A stretch of 46,619 nucleotides of DNA from positions 1 through 46,619 of the forward strand of contig CAZMDB010000001.1 of the NCBI GenBank assembly GCA_964565095.1. Reading direction: 5' to 3'. This document shows positions 1-8,635 of the stretch, one piece after another (the first letter of the stretch is position 1; every line of letters begins with the position of its first letter). The notes beneath the pieces were generated by a model, which was given only the letters and a program-made list of their open reading frames with translations, did no database searches and had not been told where the DNA came from. The DNA comes from an uncultured Methanosarcinales archaeon (lineage in GTDB: Archaea > Nanobdellota > Nanobdellia > Woesearchaeales > DATGWN01). A program made the position numbers and the translations under genes.

Positions 1-57
1 CACGGAGACCATTATCTGACCGCAAGGCTTATACAGACCCCTCCAGTGTACCTAAAT

Positions 58-402
58 ATGGCACCAGACAAAGGGAGGAAAAATAACCGTGGTCAGTCCG
101 GATCCACGTATGAGAGGGTCCGCCTTCCACGTTCGCCCGAGATTCTTGGTATTCTGGAGCAGCGTGTAGGCGGCAGCCGTATGAAGGTACGGTGCATGGA
201 TGGGAAGGTACGCTTGTGTCGTATTCCCGGCCGTCTTAAACGGAGATTGTGGGTGCGGGAAGGAGATATCCTGATAATCGAGCCATGGGAGTTCGATGGG
301 GATAGTAAAGGTGACGTACTTCATAAATACAAGCCGAACCAGGTGGGCTTTCTCAAACGCAAGGGTCTGTTGGATAAGCTTGATGACTTTGAAGAGTTCT
401 GA
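58..402 (+). CDS. eif1A: Translation initiation factor aIF-1A (S1/OB-fold)
   Basis: Matches the a/eIF-1A pattern ([53 protein letters not shown]). I prefer ATG at 58 over the track's GTG at 46, because a TATA-like box (TTATACA, 29-35) lies about 26 nt upstream of 58. Confidence 0.93.
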   Translation: MAPDKGRKNNRGQSGSTYERVRLPRSPEILGILEQRVGGSRMKVRCMDGKVRLCRIPGRLKRRLWVREGDILIIEPWEFDGDSKGDVLHKYKPNQVGFLKRKGLLDKLDDFEEF

Positions 403-493
403 AAGTGTATTATTTGAGTATCATGTGTTCAAGTCGTATAGTAAGTGTAGTCACTCACAAATGGAAATATTTATATAAAACCGCGCCTCTCGT

Positions 494-1042
494 ATGTCTA
501 CAATGGGAGTAGCAAGTTATATCTTTCTTTTCGTGCTCTTTCTTGCAAACCTATTCTCGTTTCTGGCGGTGCTCAAACAGCTGACTCTGAATGCGGCAAT
601 CATCCAGACATTCGTGTTGTTTGCATATCTTCTGATTACGGCTTCGGTCCTCTGGGGCCTTGGGAATCATCGAAGATGGGCTATGAGCGCGGGAGCGACG
701 TTGTTCTTTGTGCAGATTATCAATCTTGCATTGGTAGTGCGGATGTTATCAGTCATTCAGGTAATAACTGTAGCGCTTGTATCCGTCATCGGTTTCCTGT
801 ATTGTACGTTCCATGCGCGCCGGAAGCCTCGGCAGCCGATGCGTGTGCAGATCCAGGTGCCTGAGGTCGAAAAGTACGGCGAACGTGGGCAAAAGTCCAA
901 GAAGCCTGCACGCAAGAAGACGAAGAAGAGCGCCAAGAAAACCGCTTCGAAGAAGTCACGGAAGACTTCGAAAAAGAAGAAGTCCAAAAAGGCGTCCAAG
1001 AAGAGCACGAGTAAGCGATCACGGAAAAAATCCAAGAAGTGA
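494..1042 (+). CDS. Polytopic membrane protein with an extremely Lys/Ser-rich C-terminal tail
   Basis: About four hydrophobic helices in the first ~115 aa. These are followed by a ~55-aa tail (KSKKPARKKTKKSAKKTASKKSRKTSKKKKSKKASKKSTSKRSRKKSKK). A TATA-like TTTATATA sits at 470-477. The start could be ATG 494 or ATG 503. Confidence 0.6.
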   Translation: MSTMGVASYIFLFVLFLANLFSFLAVLKQLTLNAAIIQTFVLFAYLLITASVLWGLGNHRRWAMSAGATLFFVQIINLALVVRMLSVIQVITVALVSVIGFLYCTFHARRKPRQPMRVQIQVPEVEKYGERGQKSKKPARKKTKKSAKKTASKKSRKTSKKKKSKKASKKSTSKRSRKKSKK

Positions 1043-1047
1043 TACGC

Positions 1048-1518
1048 TCATTTTTTCTTCTTATGTTCTATCCAGAGTAGTAGGATCAACCATATCCCTC
1101 CCACTGTGATGGCCATGTCTGCCATATTGAAGGTAGGGATGAAAGGAGTGGCAAGGAAATCGATCACCTGCCCCTGGAAGAGTAGCCGGTCGGAGATGTT
1201 ACCGATCGCCCCTCCCACGATGAACGCAAGGGCGATGGTGGCTGTGCCAGATGCTCTGTAGACTACGTACCATAAGAGGACGATGGTGATGATGCTGGCT
1301 AAAAGGAGATTGAATGCAGGGGTGGATTGTGCAAGCCCGAACGCGACTCCAGGATTGAAGCCTTTGCGTACTTGCAGAAGAGTGGGAATCGTCCAGTTGT
1401 CTGGAATTGGGCGTGTCATGACGAGATTCTTGGTCAGTCTGTCCAGTATGAATGAGAATGAGAAGACAAGCAGGAAGATGCTGTAGCGGATCAGTTTTGC
1501 TGGTGGGTTATTTACCAT
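1048..1518 (-). CDS. lspA: Lipoprotein signal peptidase (signal peptidase II, peptidase A8)
   Basis: The LspA blocks are present in order: LDRLTKN, NPGVAFG, GGAIGNISDRL, VIDFL, FNMADMAI. Both expected catalytic Asp contexts (GNxxDR and FNxAD) are there, with four TM segments and a typical length of 156 aa. Confidence 0.85.
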   Translation of the reverse strand: MVNNPPAKLIRYSIFLLVFSFSFILDRLTKNLVMTRPIPDNWTIPTLLQVRKGFNPGVAFGLAQSTPAFNLLLASIITIVLLWYVVYRASGTATIALAFIVGGAIGNISDRLLFQGQVIDFLATPFIPTFNMADMAITVGGIWLILLLWIEHKKKK

Positions 1519-1973
1519 TTTCCCTTATTGTACGAAAGTCGCTCTAGGGCTTCTACCTTGGTCGTGAGGTGGTCGATGCTTGCTTTGAGAGTCTCTATCT
1601 TTGAAAGGATCAGGTCGATATCCCGGGAATTGTTGGGAGTGTTCTCAGTAGCAGGTTGCATCTGTTGTGCTCCTTGCTGTGGTATGTTTTGTTGCATGGG
1701 TTGGAATGCGAGAGGATCGTTATGAGGTTGCATCTGTTGCTGATATGGTTGCGGCTGCTCTTGGAACTGCATCTGTGTTTGGGGCATACCAGCTGTGTCA
1801 GGTTGTCCCATCGGGTTTCCCAGGGGGTTCTGCTGGGGCATTCCGCTCTGGTCAGTCCCAAAATCATTAGCGGATTGCTGCGGTAATCCCAGGTCGGGGT
1901 GGTCTGACAGGCTGTTGAGATTGAAGTCAAGATCATCCGCATCTTTCTTCCAGAATTTGAGTTTATCGAACAT
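1512..1973 (-). CDS. Hypothetical Q/P/M-rich low-complexity protein with a C-terminal coiled coil
   Basis: 153-aa ORF. It has an N-terminal amphipathic MFDKLKFWKK, then ~90 aa of Q/P/M-rich low complexity, then a heptad-like C-terminus (LILSKIETLKASIDHLTTKVEALERL). Its stop overlaps the lspA start by 7 nt. Confidence 0.55.
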   Translation of the reverse strand: MFDKLKFWKKDADDLDFNLNSLSDHPDLGLPQQSANDFGTDQSGMPQQNPLGNPMGQPDTAGMPQTQMQFQEQPQPYQQQMQPHNDPLAFQPMQQNIPQQGAQQMQPATENTPNNSRDIDLILSKIETLKASIDHLTTKVEALERLSYNKGKW

Positions 1974-2255
1974 AGGGCACCTCTTTTATGTCTTATTTTC
2001 CTGTTGTGAGTTTAAAAAATTATTGCCTGCGTCCCATGAGAGACCGTAAGGATTCATTCATCTATACAATAGTATACGAATTTGTGTTATTGCACTATAT
2101 AAAAGTTTATAAAACGATTTCGGCAGGAATTGCTGTATTGGTGCGTGATGTGCCGGAATTATTCGGTTTTTCCGAAACATTTAAATAGCACCAATCAGAA
2201 AGATATAGCATTATACAATTTTGTATATTGCTAAAGCAATGAGGTGAAAGCAACA

Positions 2256-2852
2256 ATGTTTAAGTCGAAGAAAGCTGAAGCGGGTATCGGAACCCTGATC
2301 CTGTTTATAGCTATGATTCTGGTTGCGGCTGTGGCGGCTGGTGTTCTTATCCAGACATCAAGCAGTTTGCAATCCAAGGCACTTGCGACTGGTTCTAAAG
2401 CCAAGACGCAGGTATCGACATCGGCAAGTTTTGTCAGTTTGTATGGAGAGGACAGCGATTCTGATAGTATGATAGAGTATCTGTTCGCAGAAGTGAAGCT
2501 GTCTCCTGGGTCTGACCCTATCAAGCTCAACGATTCGTTGATGGAGTTCATCCTGAATAACGATTCCGCAGATCTTGATTATAATGGAGAAGTGAGGTCT
2601 TGTAACACGACTGTGGCAGATACTGCAGGTACGAGCAAGTACAGTATCGAGATGTTGATCAACGGTTCTGGTCACAGGCAGCATTATCTGCAGACAGGAG
2701 ATGTCATCAAGGTTTGCTTCAAGACCAAGCGTGAAATCGAAGAAGATGAAGATATGAAGCTGACTTTTGTTCCAAAGACAGGAAGTATCTCCATGGTCCA
2801 TACATCGACGCCTGATGTCATAACAACAAAGAAAGTCTATCTGTATCCATGA
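2256..2852 (+). CDS. arlB: Archaellin (archaeal flagellin) paralog 1
   Basis: Class III signal peptide and conserved hydrophobic N-terminus ([38 protein letters not shown]). SD GAGGTGA at 2241-2247 precedes ATG 2256, so the track's GTG 2244 is less likely. Confidence 0.9.
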   Translation: MFKSKKAEAGIGTLILFIAMILVAAVAAGVLIQTSSSLQSKALATGSKAKTQVSTSASFVSLYGEDSDSDSMIEYLFAEVKLSPGSDPIKLNDSLMEFILNNDSADLDYNGEVRSCNTTVADTAGTSKYSIEMLINGSGHRQHYLQTGDVIKVCFKTKREIEEDEDMKLTFVPKTGSISMVHTSTPDVITTKKVYLYP

Positions 2853-2862
2853 GGTGATTGTG

Positions 2863-3453
2863 ATGAATAAAAAAGCAGAAGCAGGAATCGGTACATTGAT
2901 TCTGTTCATCGCAATGATCCTGGTGGCAGCTATCGCAGCAGGTGTTCTGATCCAGACGTCGAGCAGCTTGCAGTCGAAGGCGCTGTATACAGGTAGTCGG
3001 GCAAAGACTGAGGTTTCCTCTCAGGCGGCTGTGATCTATATGTGGGGAGAAGACGCTACTGTCGATAGCCGAAAGATCAACACCACGCATGTGAAAGTCA
3101 AGTTGACGGCAGGTTCGGATCCGATCAAGTTGGGGGATTCGATGTTGCAGGTGGATACGCAGAACAGCAGATCCAACCTTGTCTACAACGACTCAATGGA
3201 TTGCGGAGTCGACTCTGAGATCTGGGTAAATAAAGATAACTACTACGGTGCAACCGAATTGGTCGCCAGTGGTGATGATGCGGATTACCTAGAACGAGGA
3301 GACGTCATGCAGTTGTGTTTCGCATTGCCTGAGTCTATCGGTGAGGGAGAGATGCTGAAAGTCTCATTCATCCCGAAGGTTGGTCACACGACGTATGTAG
3401 ATACCAAGACGCCAGACGTCATGCTTGAGAAGAGGATACAGCTGTATCCATGA
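2863..3453 (+). CDS. arlB: Archaellin paralog 2
   Basis: Same N-terminal archaellin motif. SD GAGGTGA at 2851-2857 precedes ATG 2863. Confidence 0.9.
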   Translation: MNKKAEAGIGTLILFIAMILVAAIAAGVLIQTSSSLQSKALYTGSRAKTEVSSQAAVIYMWGEDATVDSRKINTTHVKVKLTAGSDPIKLGDSMLQVDTQNSRSNLVYNDSMDCGVDSEIWVNKDNYYGATELVASGDDADYLERGDVMQLCFALPESIGEGEMLKVSFIPKVGHTTYVDTKTPDVMLEKRIQLYP

Positions 3454-3462
3454 GCAGAACTA

Positions 3463-3481
3463 TTTTTTTCTTTTCTTTTTT
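3463..3481 (+). terminator. Oligo-T tract (T7 C T4 C T6) after archaellin 2
   Basis: A run of Ts starts 10 nt after the stop codon. Archaeal intrinsic termination uses oligo-T. The tract is followed by a 100-nt spacer before archaellin 3. Confidence 0.4.
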
Positions 3482-3582
3482 CCTCATTGTTTTGAGGCGC
3501 GGACTGTAGGGGTCTGCAGTAGTACGAATTCATCATGATCATGCCGGTGTAGGGCCGGTTCAAGTTTCACGAAGGGGTAGAC

Positions 3583-4179
3583 ATGAAAGGTAGAAAGGCA
3601 GAGGCAGGGATAGGGACATTGATTCTCTTTATTGCAATGATTCTTGTTGCAGCGATTGCAGCAGGGGTATTGATCCAGACATCAAGTAGTTTGCAGTCAA
3701 AGGCACTGTACACAGGTAGCAGGGCAAAGACTGAGGTTTCCTCTCAGGTGGCAGTAATCTATTTGTGGGGCGAAGACGCTACAATATCAGCGCGGACCGT
3801 TAATACCACGCACATGAAGGTGAAACTGACTGCGGGTTCTGACTCAGTGAAGCTGGGTGACTCGATGGTGCAGGTGGATACGCAGAACAGCAGGTCGAAT
3901 CTGGTCTATAACAGTACCTCGGGATTCTGTGATGATAACTCTATGATCTGGGCGCACAAGAATGCGATGTATGGCGCAAAATCTCTTGTCGAGAGCGGAG
4001 AAGATTCTGATTACCTTGAACGAGGCGATGTTATGCAGCTGTGCTTTGCGCTTCCGGAGTCGATTGGCGAGGGAGAGATGCTGAAGGTCTCATTCATCCC
4101 GAAAGTCGGTCATACCACTTACGTGGATACCAAGACGCCTGATGTCATGCTGACCAAGCGGATCCAGCTGTATCCATGA
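3583..4179 (+). CDS. arlB: Archaellin paralog 3
   Basis: N-terminal [49 protein letters not shown]. The C-terminal ~55 aa are nearly identical in protein to paralog 2. Confidence 0.9.
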   Translation: MKGRKAEAGIGTLILFIAMILVAAIAAGVLIQTSSSLQSKALYTGSRAKTEVSSQVAVIYLWGEDATISARTVNTTHMKVKLTAGSDSVKLGDSMVQVDTQNSRSNLVYNSTSGFCDDNSMIWAHKNAMYGAKSLVESGEDSDYLERGDVMQLCFALPESIGEGEMLKVSFIPKVGHTTYVDTKTPDVMLTKRIQLYP

Positions 4180-4197
4180 TTCCTGAGGTTTGGGAGT

Positions 4198-4797
4198 ATG
4201 GATAGACGGGCTGAAGCAGGAATAGGGACTCTCATCCTGTTTGTAGCGATGATTCTTGTGGCAGCTATTGCCGCAGGTGTTCTGATCCAGACATCAAATA
4301 GTCTGCAGTCCAAGGCTTTGTATACCGGGAGTCGCGCAAAATCGTCGGTTTCGACTCAGGCAGCGTTCATTTCTGTCTGGGGTGAGGACGCGTCTGCAGC
4401 TGTTGGAGGTCAGCGGGGCATCAACCGTACCTATATCAAGATGAAGCTTTCTCCTGGTTCGGATGCTATCAGGCTTAACGATTCGATGATCAATATCGAT
4501 ACTGATATGCAGAAAGCTACTTTGATTTTCGATAGCTCATTAGACTGTTCCAATACAAGCGGTCTTTATTCTTCAATAAATGTCTCCTTTGGAGCTGAAG
4601 AATTGGTCACCTCCGGTTCTGATGAGAATTATCTGGAACGTGGAGATATTATGAAGCTTTGTTTTGCTTTGCCATCATCGATCGGCGAGGGCGAGATGCT
4701 GTCGATTTCCTTTGTTCCCAAGGTAGGTCATGCTACCAGAGTATCTACGTATACGCCCAATGCGATGCTGGACAAGCGGGTCCTGCTCTATCCGTGA
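4198..4797 (+). CDS. arlB: Archaellin paralog 4
   Basis: N-terminal [46 protein letters not shown]. The C-terminal block [24 protein letters not shown] is shared with paralogs 2 and 3. Confidence 0.9.
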   Translation: MDRRAEAGIGTLILFVAMILVAAIAAGVLIQTSNSLQSKALYTGSRAKSSVSTQAAFISVWGEDASAAVGGQRGINRTYIKMKLSPGSDAIRLNDSMINIDTDMQKATLIFDSSLDCSNTSGLYSSINVSFGAEELVTSGSDENYLERGDIMKLCFALPSSIGEGEMLSISFVPKVGHATRVSTYTPNAMLDKRVLLYP

Positions 4798-4810
4798 ATA
4801 GGTGTATGTT

Positions 4811-4818
4811 TTTTAAAT
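4811..4818 (+). promoter_or_regulatory. TATA-like box (TTTTAAAT) for uvrB, leaderless geometry
   Basis: The box centre lies about 26 nt upstream of the uvrB ATG at 4840. The same spacing recurs at more than 10 other first-in-unit genes in this window. Confidence 0.45.
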
Positions 4819-4839
4819 CAAGAATCATTTCTGGAAGAT

Positions 4840-6798
4840 ATGGCTCAATTCCGACTGGAGAGCCCTTTCGAGCCTCAAGGAGATCAGCCTGAGGCTATCA
4901 GGAAGCTAGCTGCTGCTTTCCGTTCAGGTACACAACGTCAGACTCTGCTTGGAGTTACAGGTAGTGGGAAGACTTTTACGATGGCTCATGTGATCAGGGA
5001 ACTTGGCCGTCCGACCCTGATATTGTCCCATAACAAGACTTTGGCTGCTCAGCTGTATAATGAGATGCAGATGCTGTTTCCGGACAATGCAGTCGAATAC
5101 TTTGTTTCGTATTATGATTATTATCAGCCAGAATCGTATATTCCTGCAACGGATACGTATATCGAGAAGGAAACGCAGATCAACGAACGGATCGAGAGAC
5201 TGCGTCTCAGCGCCATGCACAGTCTGGTGACACGCAAGGACGTGATCATTGTCAGTTCAGTCTCCTGCATCTATTCTGCAGGCGATCCAGCTGATTTTCG
5301 TAGCATGATCGTGCCGATCCGCAAGGGCGAAGAGATGGGTCGCCAGACGCTGCTGCGACATATGGTGAATCTGCAATATGAGCGTAACGATGTGGAGCTC
5401 AAGCAGGGACGATTCCGCGCGCGGGGAGACATTGTTGATATTATTCCGGGATATGGGGAGAATATTATACGCGTGGTGTTCTTCGGGGACGAGATAGAAG
5501 AGATTACCGAGCGTGATCCGATCACTCTGGAAAAATTGCATGCGTATGACGACTATGTCCTTTATCCTGCACGACAGTTCGTCTTCGAGGAAGGAAAGAT
5601 CGAGCACGCGCTGGTGTCCATACGAGAGGAGCTCGAATCAGTGTTGCCAGCCATGGATATGCTGGAGGCACATCGGCTCAAGCAACGTACACGCTATGAT
5701 GTGGAGATGATCAAGGAGCTAGGATTCTGCACAGGCATAGAGAATTATTCACGGCATTTCGATGGGCGTAAGCCCGGGCAGGCTCCGTATTCACTGATAG
5801 ATTATTTCGATGATGATTTCCTTATGATCATCGATGAGAGCCATGTGACGATCCCTCAGGTGCATGGCATGTACAAAGGAGACAGATCGCGGAAAAAGAA
5901 TCTGATTGAGAACGGGTTTCGTCTCCCCTCAGCTTTTGACAACCGCCCCCTGAAATTCGAGGAATTCGACGCTAAGCTCGACAAGGTCCTGTATGTGTCA
6001 GCTACGCCAGCGGAGTACGAGACCACTGTCAGTGGTCAGATCGTGGAACAGATCATCCGGCCGACCGGTCTTCTTGATCCGATTATTGATGTACGACCGC
6101 AGGAGGGCCAGATAGAGAATCTTCTGGATGAGATCAACAGTGTGGTAAAAAAGAAGCAGAAAGTGTTGGTCACGACACTGACCAAGCGGATGGCAGAACA
6201 TCTGACTGATTATTTGGCTGAGAAAGGTGTACGTACGCGGTATCTCCATTCTGATATAGATACGTTGGATCGCACAGAGATCATCCGTCAGCTACGTGCT
6301 GATGAGTTTGATGTTCTGGTCGGCATCAATCTGTTACGTGAGGGCCTGGATATCCCTGAGGTGGCGTTGGTGGCAATACTTGATGCCGATAAAGAAGGGT
6401 TCCTGCGCAATACCAGATCCTTGGTGCAGACAATCGGCCGCGCTGCGCGGAATGCAGAAGGCCGTGTCGTTATGTATGCCGACAAGATGACCGATTCTAT
6501 GAAAGCGGCGCTAGAAGAGACATCGCGGCGTCGTGAGAGGCAGATGGCGTTCAATGAAGAGCATGGTATCACGCCTAAGACGATTATCAAACCGGTCAAA
6601 AAAGAAGGTCATGAGGTCAGGGATGTCAAGCATATCCCCAAGTCGGATCTGCCCGGCATAGTCATGCGCATAGAGGAAGAGATGCGGGATGCTGCAGCGG
6701 AACTGGATTTTGAGCGAGCCATAATGCTGCGTGATAGACTGAAGAAAGTGCAGGATCAGCTGGATGCCAAGGAAGGATCAGGCATTGTGTATGACTAA
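4840..6798 (+). CDS. uvrB: Excinuclease ABC subunit B
   Basis: Full-length UvrB pattern: Walker A GVTGSGKT, YYDYYQPE, DESH box (IIDESHVTIPQ), helicase motifs, and the C-terminal UVR motif (ELDFERAIMLRDRL). Confidence 0.97.
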   Translation: MAQFRLESPFEPQGDQPEAIRKLAAAFRSGTQRQTLLGVTGSGKTFTMAHVIRELGRPTLILSHNKTLAAQLYNEMQMLFPDNAVEYFVSYYDYYQPESYIPATDTYIEKETQINERIERLRLSAMHSLVTRKDVIIVSSVSCIYSAGDPADFRSMIVPIRKGEEMGRQTLLRHMVNLQYERNDVELKQGRFRARGDIVDIIPGYGENIIRVVFFGDEIEEITERDPITLEKLHAYDDYVLYPARQFVFEEGKIEHALVSIREELESVLPAMDMLEAHRLKQRTRYDVEMIKELGFCTGIENYSRHFDGRKPGQAPYSLIDYFDDDFLMIIDESHVTIPQVHGMYKGDRSRKKNLIENGFRLPSAFDNRPLKFEEFDAKLDKVLYVSATPAEYETTVSGQIVEQIIRPTGLLDPIIDVRPQEGQIENLLDEINSVVKKKQKVLVTTLTKRMAEHLTDYLAEKGVRTRYLHSDIDTLDRTEIIRQLRADEFDVLVGINLLREGLDIPEVALVAILDADKEGFLRNTRSLVQTIGRAARNAEGRVVMYADKMTDSMKAALEETSRRRERQMAFNEEHGITPKTIIKPVKKEGHEVRDVKHIPKSDLPGIVMRIEEEMRDAAAELDFERAIMLRDRLKKVQDQLDAKEGSGIVYD

Positions 6799-7279
6799 GG
6801 CATCCATTGGAGAGCGGTTCTGTTCTTGAGATGAAGAGGAAGGATATTACGGTCTATTATTACCAATTCTTCTATGATTTTTCGGATGTTTTTTTGTATC
6901 CTATCGGTATCATATAGTTGTATCCAGAGATCCAGACTATTGAGTCGTTCAATTATTCTGGTTATATTTATGATGAGATTTGTCTGAGTAGTTGATCGGA
7001 TGAGAGGCACTTTATCTTGTTTCCCAGTACTCTTTCGAGATTGATGTATAATTCTTGGAGCGGTCTTTTTAGTGAAGGGAATATTGTTTGCAAATACTTT
7101 TTGAATTGCATTTTTTTGGGGAAAAGAGGGTGATCAGAATGATTGAAAGGAACAGTGTCAACAATGAAACAAAAATGGGAAGAGTAAACTCTATGATGGA
7201 GGATATGAATTTTTCCTTAAACAGTTTTTTAGGATGTTGCGTGCATTGATAAATATAAGAATCTGTGTGGTCCACTTAG

Positions 7280-7455
7280 AATTTCCCATTTTCCATCATC
7301 CACACGGCCCGACATGCTGTACGCATCCGCTACAGGTTGTTCTGCTCGTCGGACACTGTATGCGCAGCATACCCTCCTTGCAGGTAAGAGGTTGTATAGG
7401 ATTATCGTGTGATTACAACCACCAGTGGGCGGTGTGGATGATGTTGCGGGTTTTC
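7280..7455 (+). ncRNA. Candidate structured RNA (or MITE-like inverted-repeat element), family unknown
   Basis: A 17-nt inverted repeat (7294-7310 vs 7427-7443) pairs 16 of 17 positions. It encloses two nested hairpins: 7314-7326/7360-7370 and 7390-7396/7414-7420. A TATA-like TAAATATA (7250-7257) lies about 27 nt upstream of 7280, and TTTT follows at 7451-7454. The strand is not certain. Confidence 0.3.
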
Positions 7456-7877
7456 TGGATGTGTTCTAGAAGTCATTCTACATGCTGTCGATTGCTTTGG
7501 GATGGTGCTGGTTTCTGTCCTAAGACACCAAAATGTTGCATTTAAATGAATTAGTTCGCAGTCCATGTCTGTTAAATATTTTCTGTATTTGTCGTTGAGA
7601 AACGCAATAACCTTTTTCTCTCAAAATTGTCTAAGTTTTTCCACTACCATACTTGAATTCTTTCTAGAAATTAACCATCAACTCATCAAATTGTGGATTA
7701 CTTTCTGTTGCGGGAGCAGCGCTTGACGCACACAGTATCGCCTTTTTTCTAATTGAATAGGCCATTCAGCCTAGAAATCAGTATACATATACCTTACATT
7801 TGTAACATAATTACGTCTTAGCACAATGGTGTTAGTTTCCACAAGATATTAATATGGGGAGCATGAGGAGTAGGAAT

Positions 7878-8330
7878 ATGCGATTGCAAATCATTTTTAT
7901 TCTCACTGTCTGCGTATTGCTGACAGCATGTGCAGAGAGTGGTTCCAAGGATGTAGTGGAAACTGGCGAGGAGTTTCGGGAAAACTGGTACCGTCTGAGT
8001 GAGGATCTGGTGCATCATCAGCTCATCAATGATAGTGATTTTACTGTTGCTGCGAAAGGTGGCGATGATAATCTGAGTTTTTATTACATCCCAAGCCATG
8101 ACGATCCACGCCCCTATTTCCTGTATTATGCAGTAGGAGAAGAAGGGCAGACGGTGCAGATTGAACGTGCCTGGAAGAATATCTCTCGCCAAAAACCCGC
8201 CTATGTATTACTTGCCCCTTACTCGAAGGAGCATCGCTACGCTATCGACATGGCCATCAAGGATAAGGACAACAATGTGGCATATGCAGGAGAGATGTAC
8301 TATAACTGGGACGCGCTTCCTGTTGAGTGA
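7878..8330 (+). CDS. Putative secreted lipoprotein (lipobox LLTAC)
   Basis: The N-terminus MRLQIIFILTVCVLLTAC|AESGSKD has a basic n-region, a hydrophobic h-region and a canonical L-x-[AS]-C lipobox. SD GAGGAG lies about 8 nt upstream of ATG 7878. The rest of the protein is unrecognised. Confidence 0.65.
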   Translation: MRLQIIFILTVCVLLTACAESGSKDVVETGEEFRENWYRLSEDLVHHQLINDSDFTVAAKGGDDNLSFYYIPSHDDPRPYFLYYAVGEEGQTVQIERAWKNISRQKPAYVLLAPYSKEHRYAIDMAIKDKDNNVAYAGEMYYNWDALPVE

Positions 8331-8605
8331 TTGAAAAGGGATAGGATAGATGTCCCTGTCACATTCTGTATCTCCAATCCCGGAGCACCATTGACTTCCA
8401 TGGTAACTGATCGTCTTGGGTATCTGATTTCAGAAAGGCATCCTCATCTCTTCTAAGTTCAATGACCGTACGTCCACACTTTTACTACGTATTACCGCAT
8501 TCAGCATAGTACTCTCCATTGGGATATCACGCCAGGGTAGCTATCAAAAAATATTGCACCAAACTGGAAAAAAGGCATTCTCAGTGGACACTAACGGGGA
8601 TTAGA

Positions 8606-8613
8606 TTTAAAAA
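8606..8613 (+). promoter_or_regulatory. TATA-like box (TTTAAAAA) for uvrA, leaderless geometry
   Basis: The box centre is 26-27 nt upstream of ATG 8636, which opens the conserved UvrA N-terminus. Confidence 0.45.
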
Positions 8614-8635
8614 TCCAGGACAAATCAGTGCTTAC

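Noticed and set aside
6795-7545. Short ORFs in the gap after uvrB: 6795-7010 (minus), 7069-7275 (minus) and 7234-7545 (plus, Cys/His-rich).
   Set aside because: None has a recognisable motif. ORF 7069-7275 contains the TATA-like box (7250-7257) inside its own coding sequence. ORF 7234-7545 spans the strongly base-paired element, and its odd composition looks like translated structured RNA or repeat sequence. I cannot exclude that 6795-7010 is a real small protein.
8519-8635. The TTG-initiated 39-aa N-terminal extension of UvrA from the ORF track. Similar alternative-start extensions occur at 46, 2244, 2854, 14131, 25988, 43257, 45361 and 45840.
   Set aside because: In each case the conserved protein N-terminus starts at a downstream ATG, or at GTG for CarS. 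That start also has either a TATA box at about 26-27 nt or an SD at 5-8 nt.
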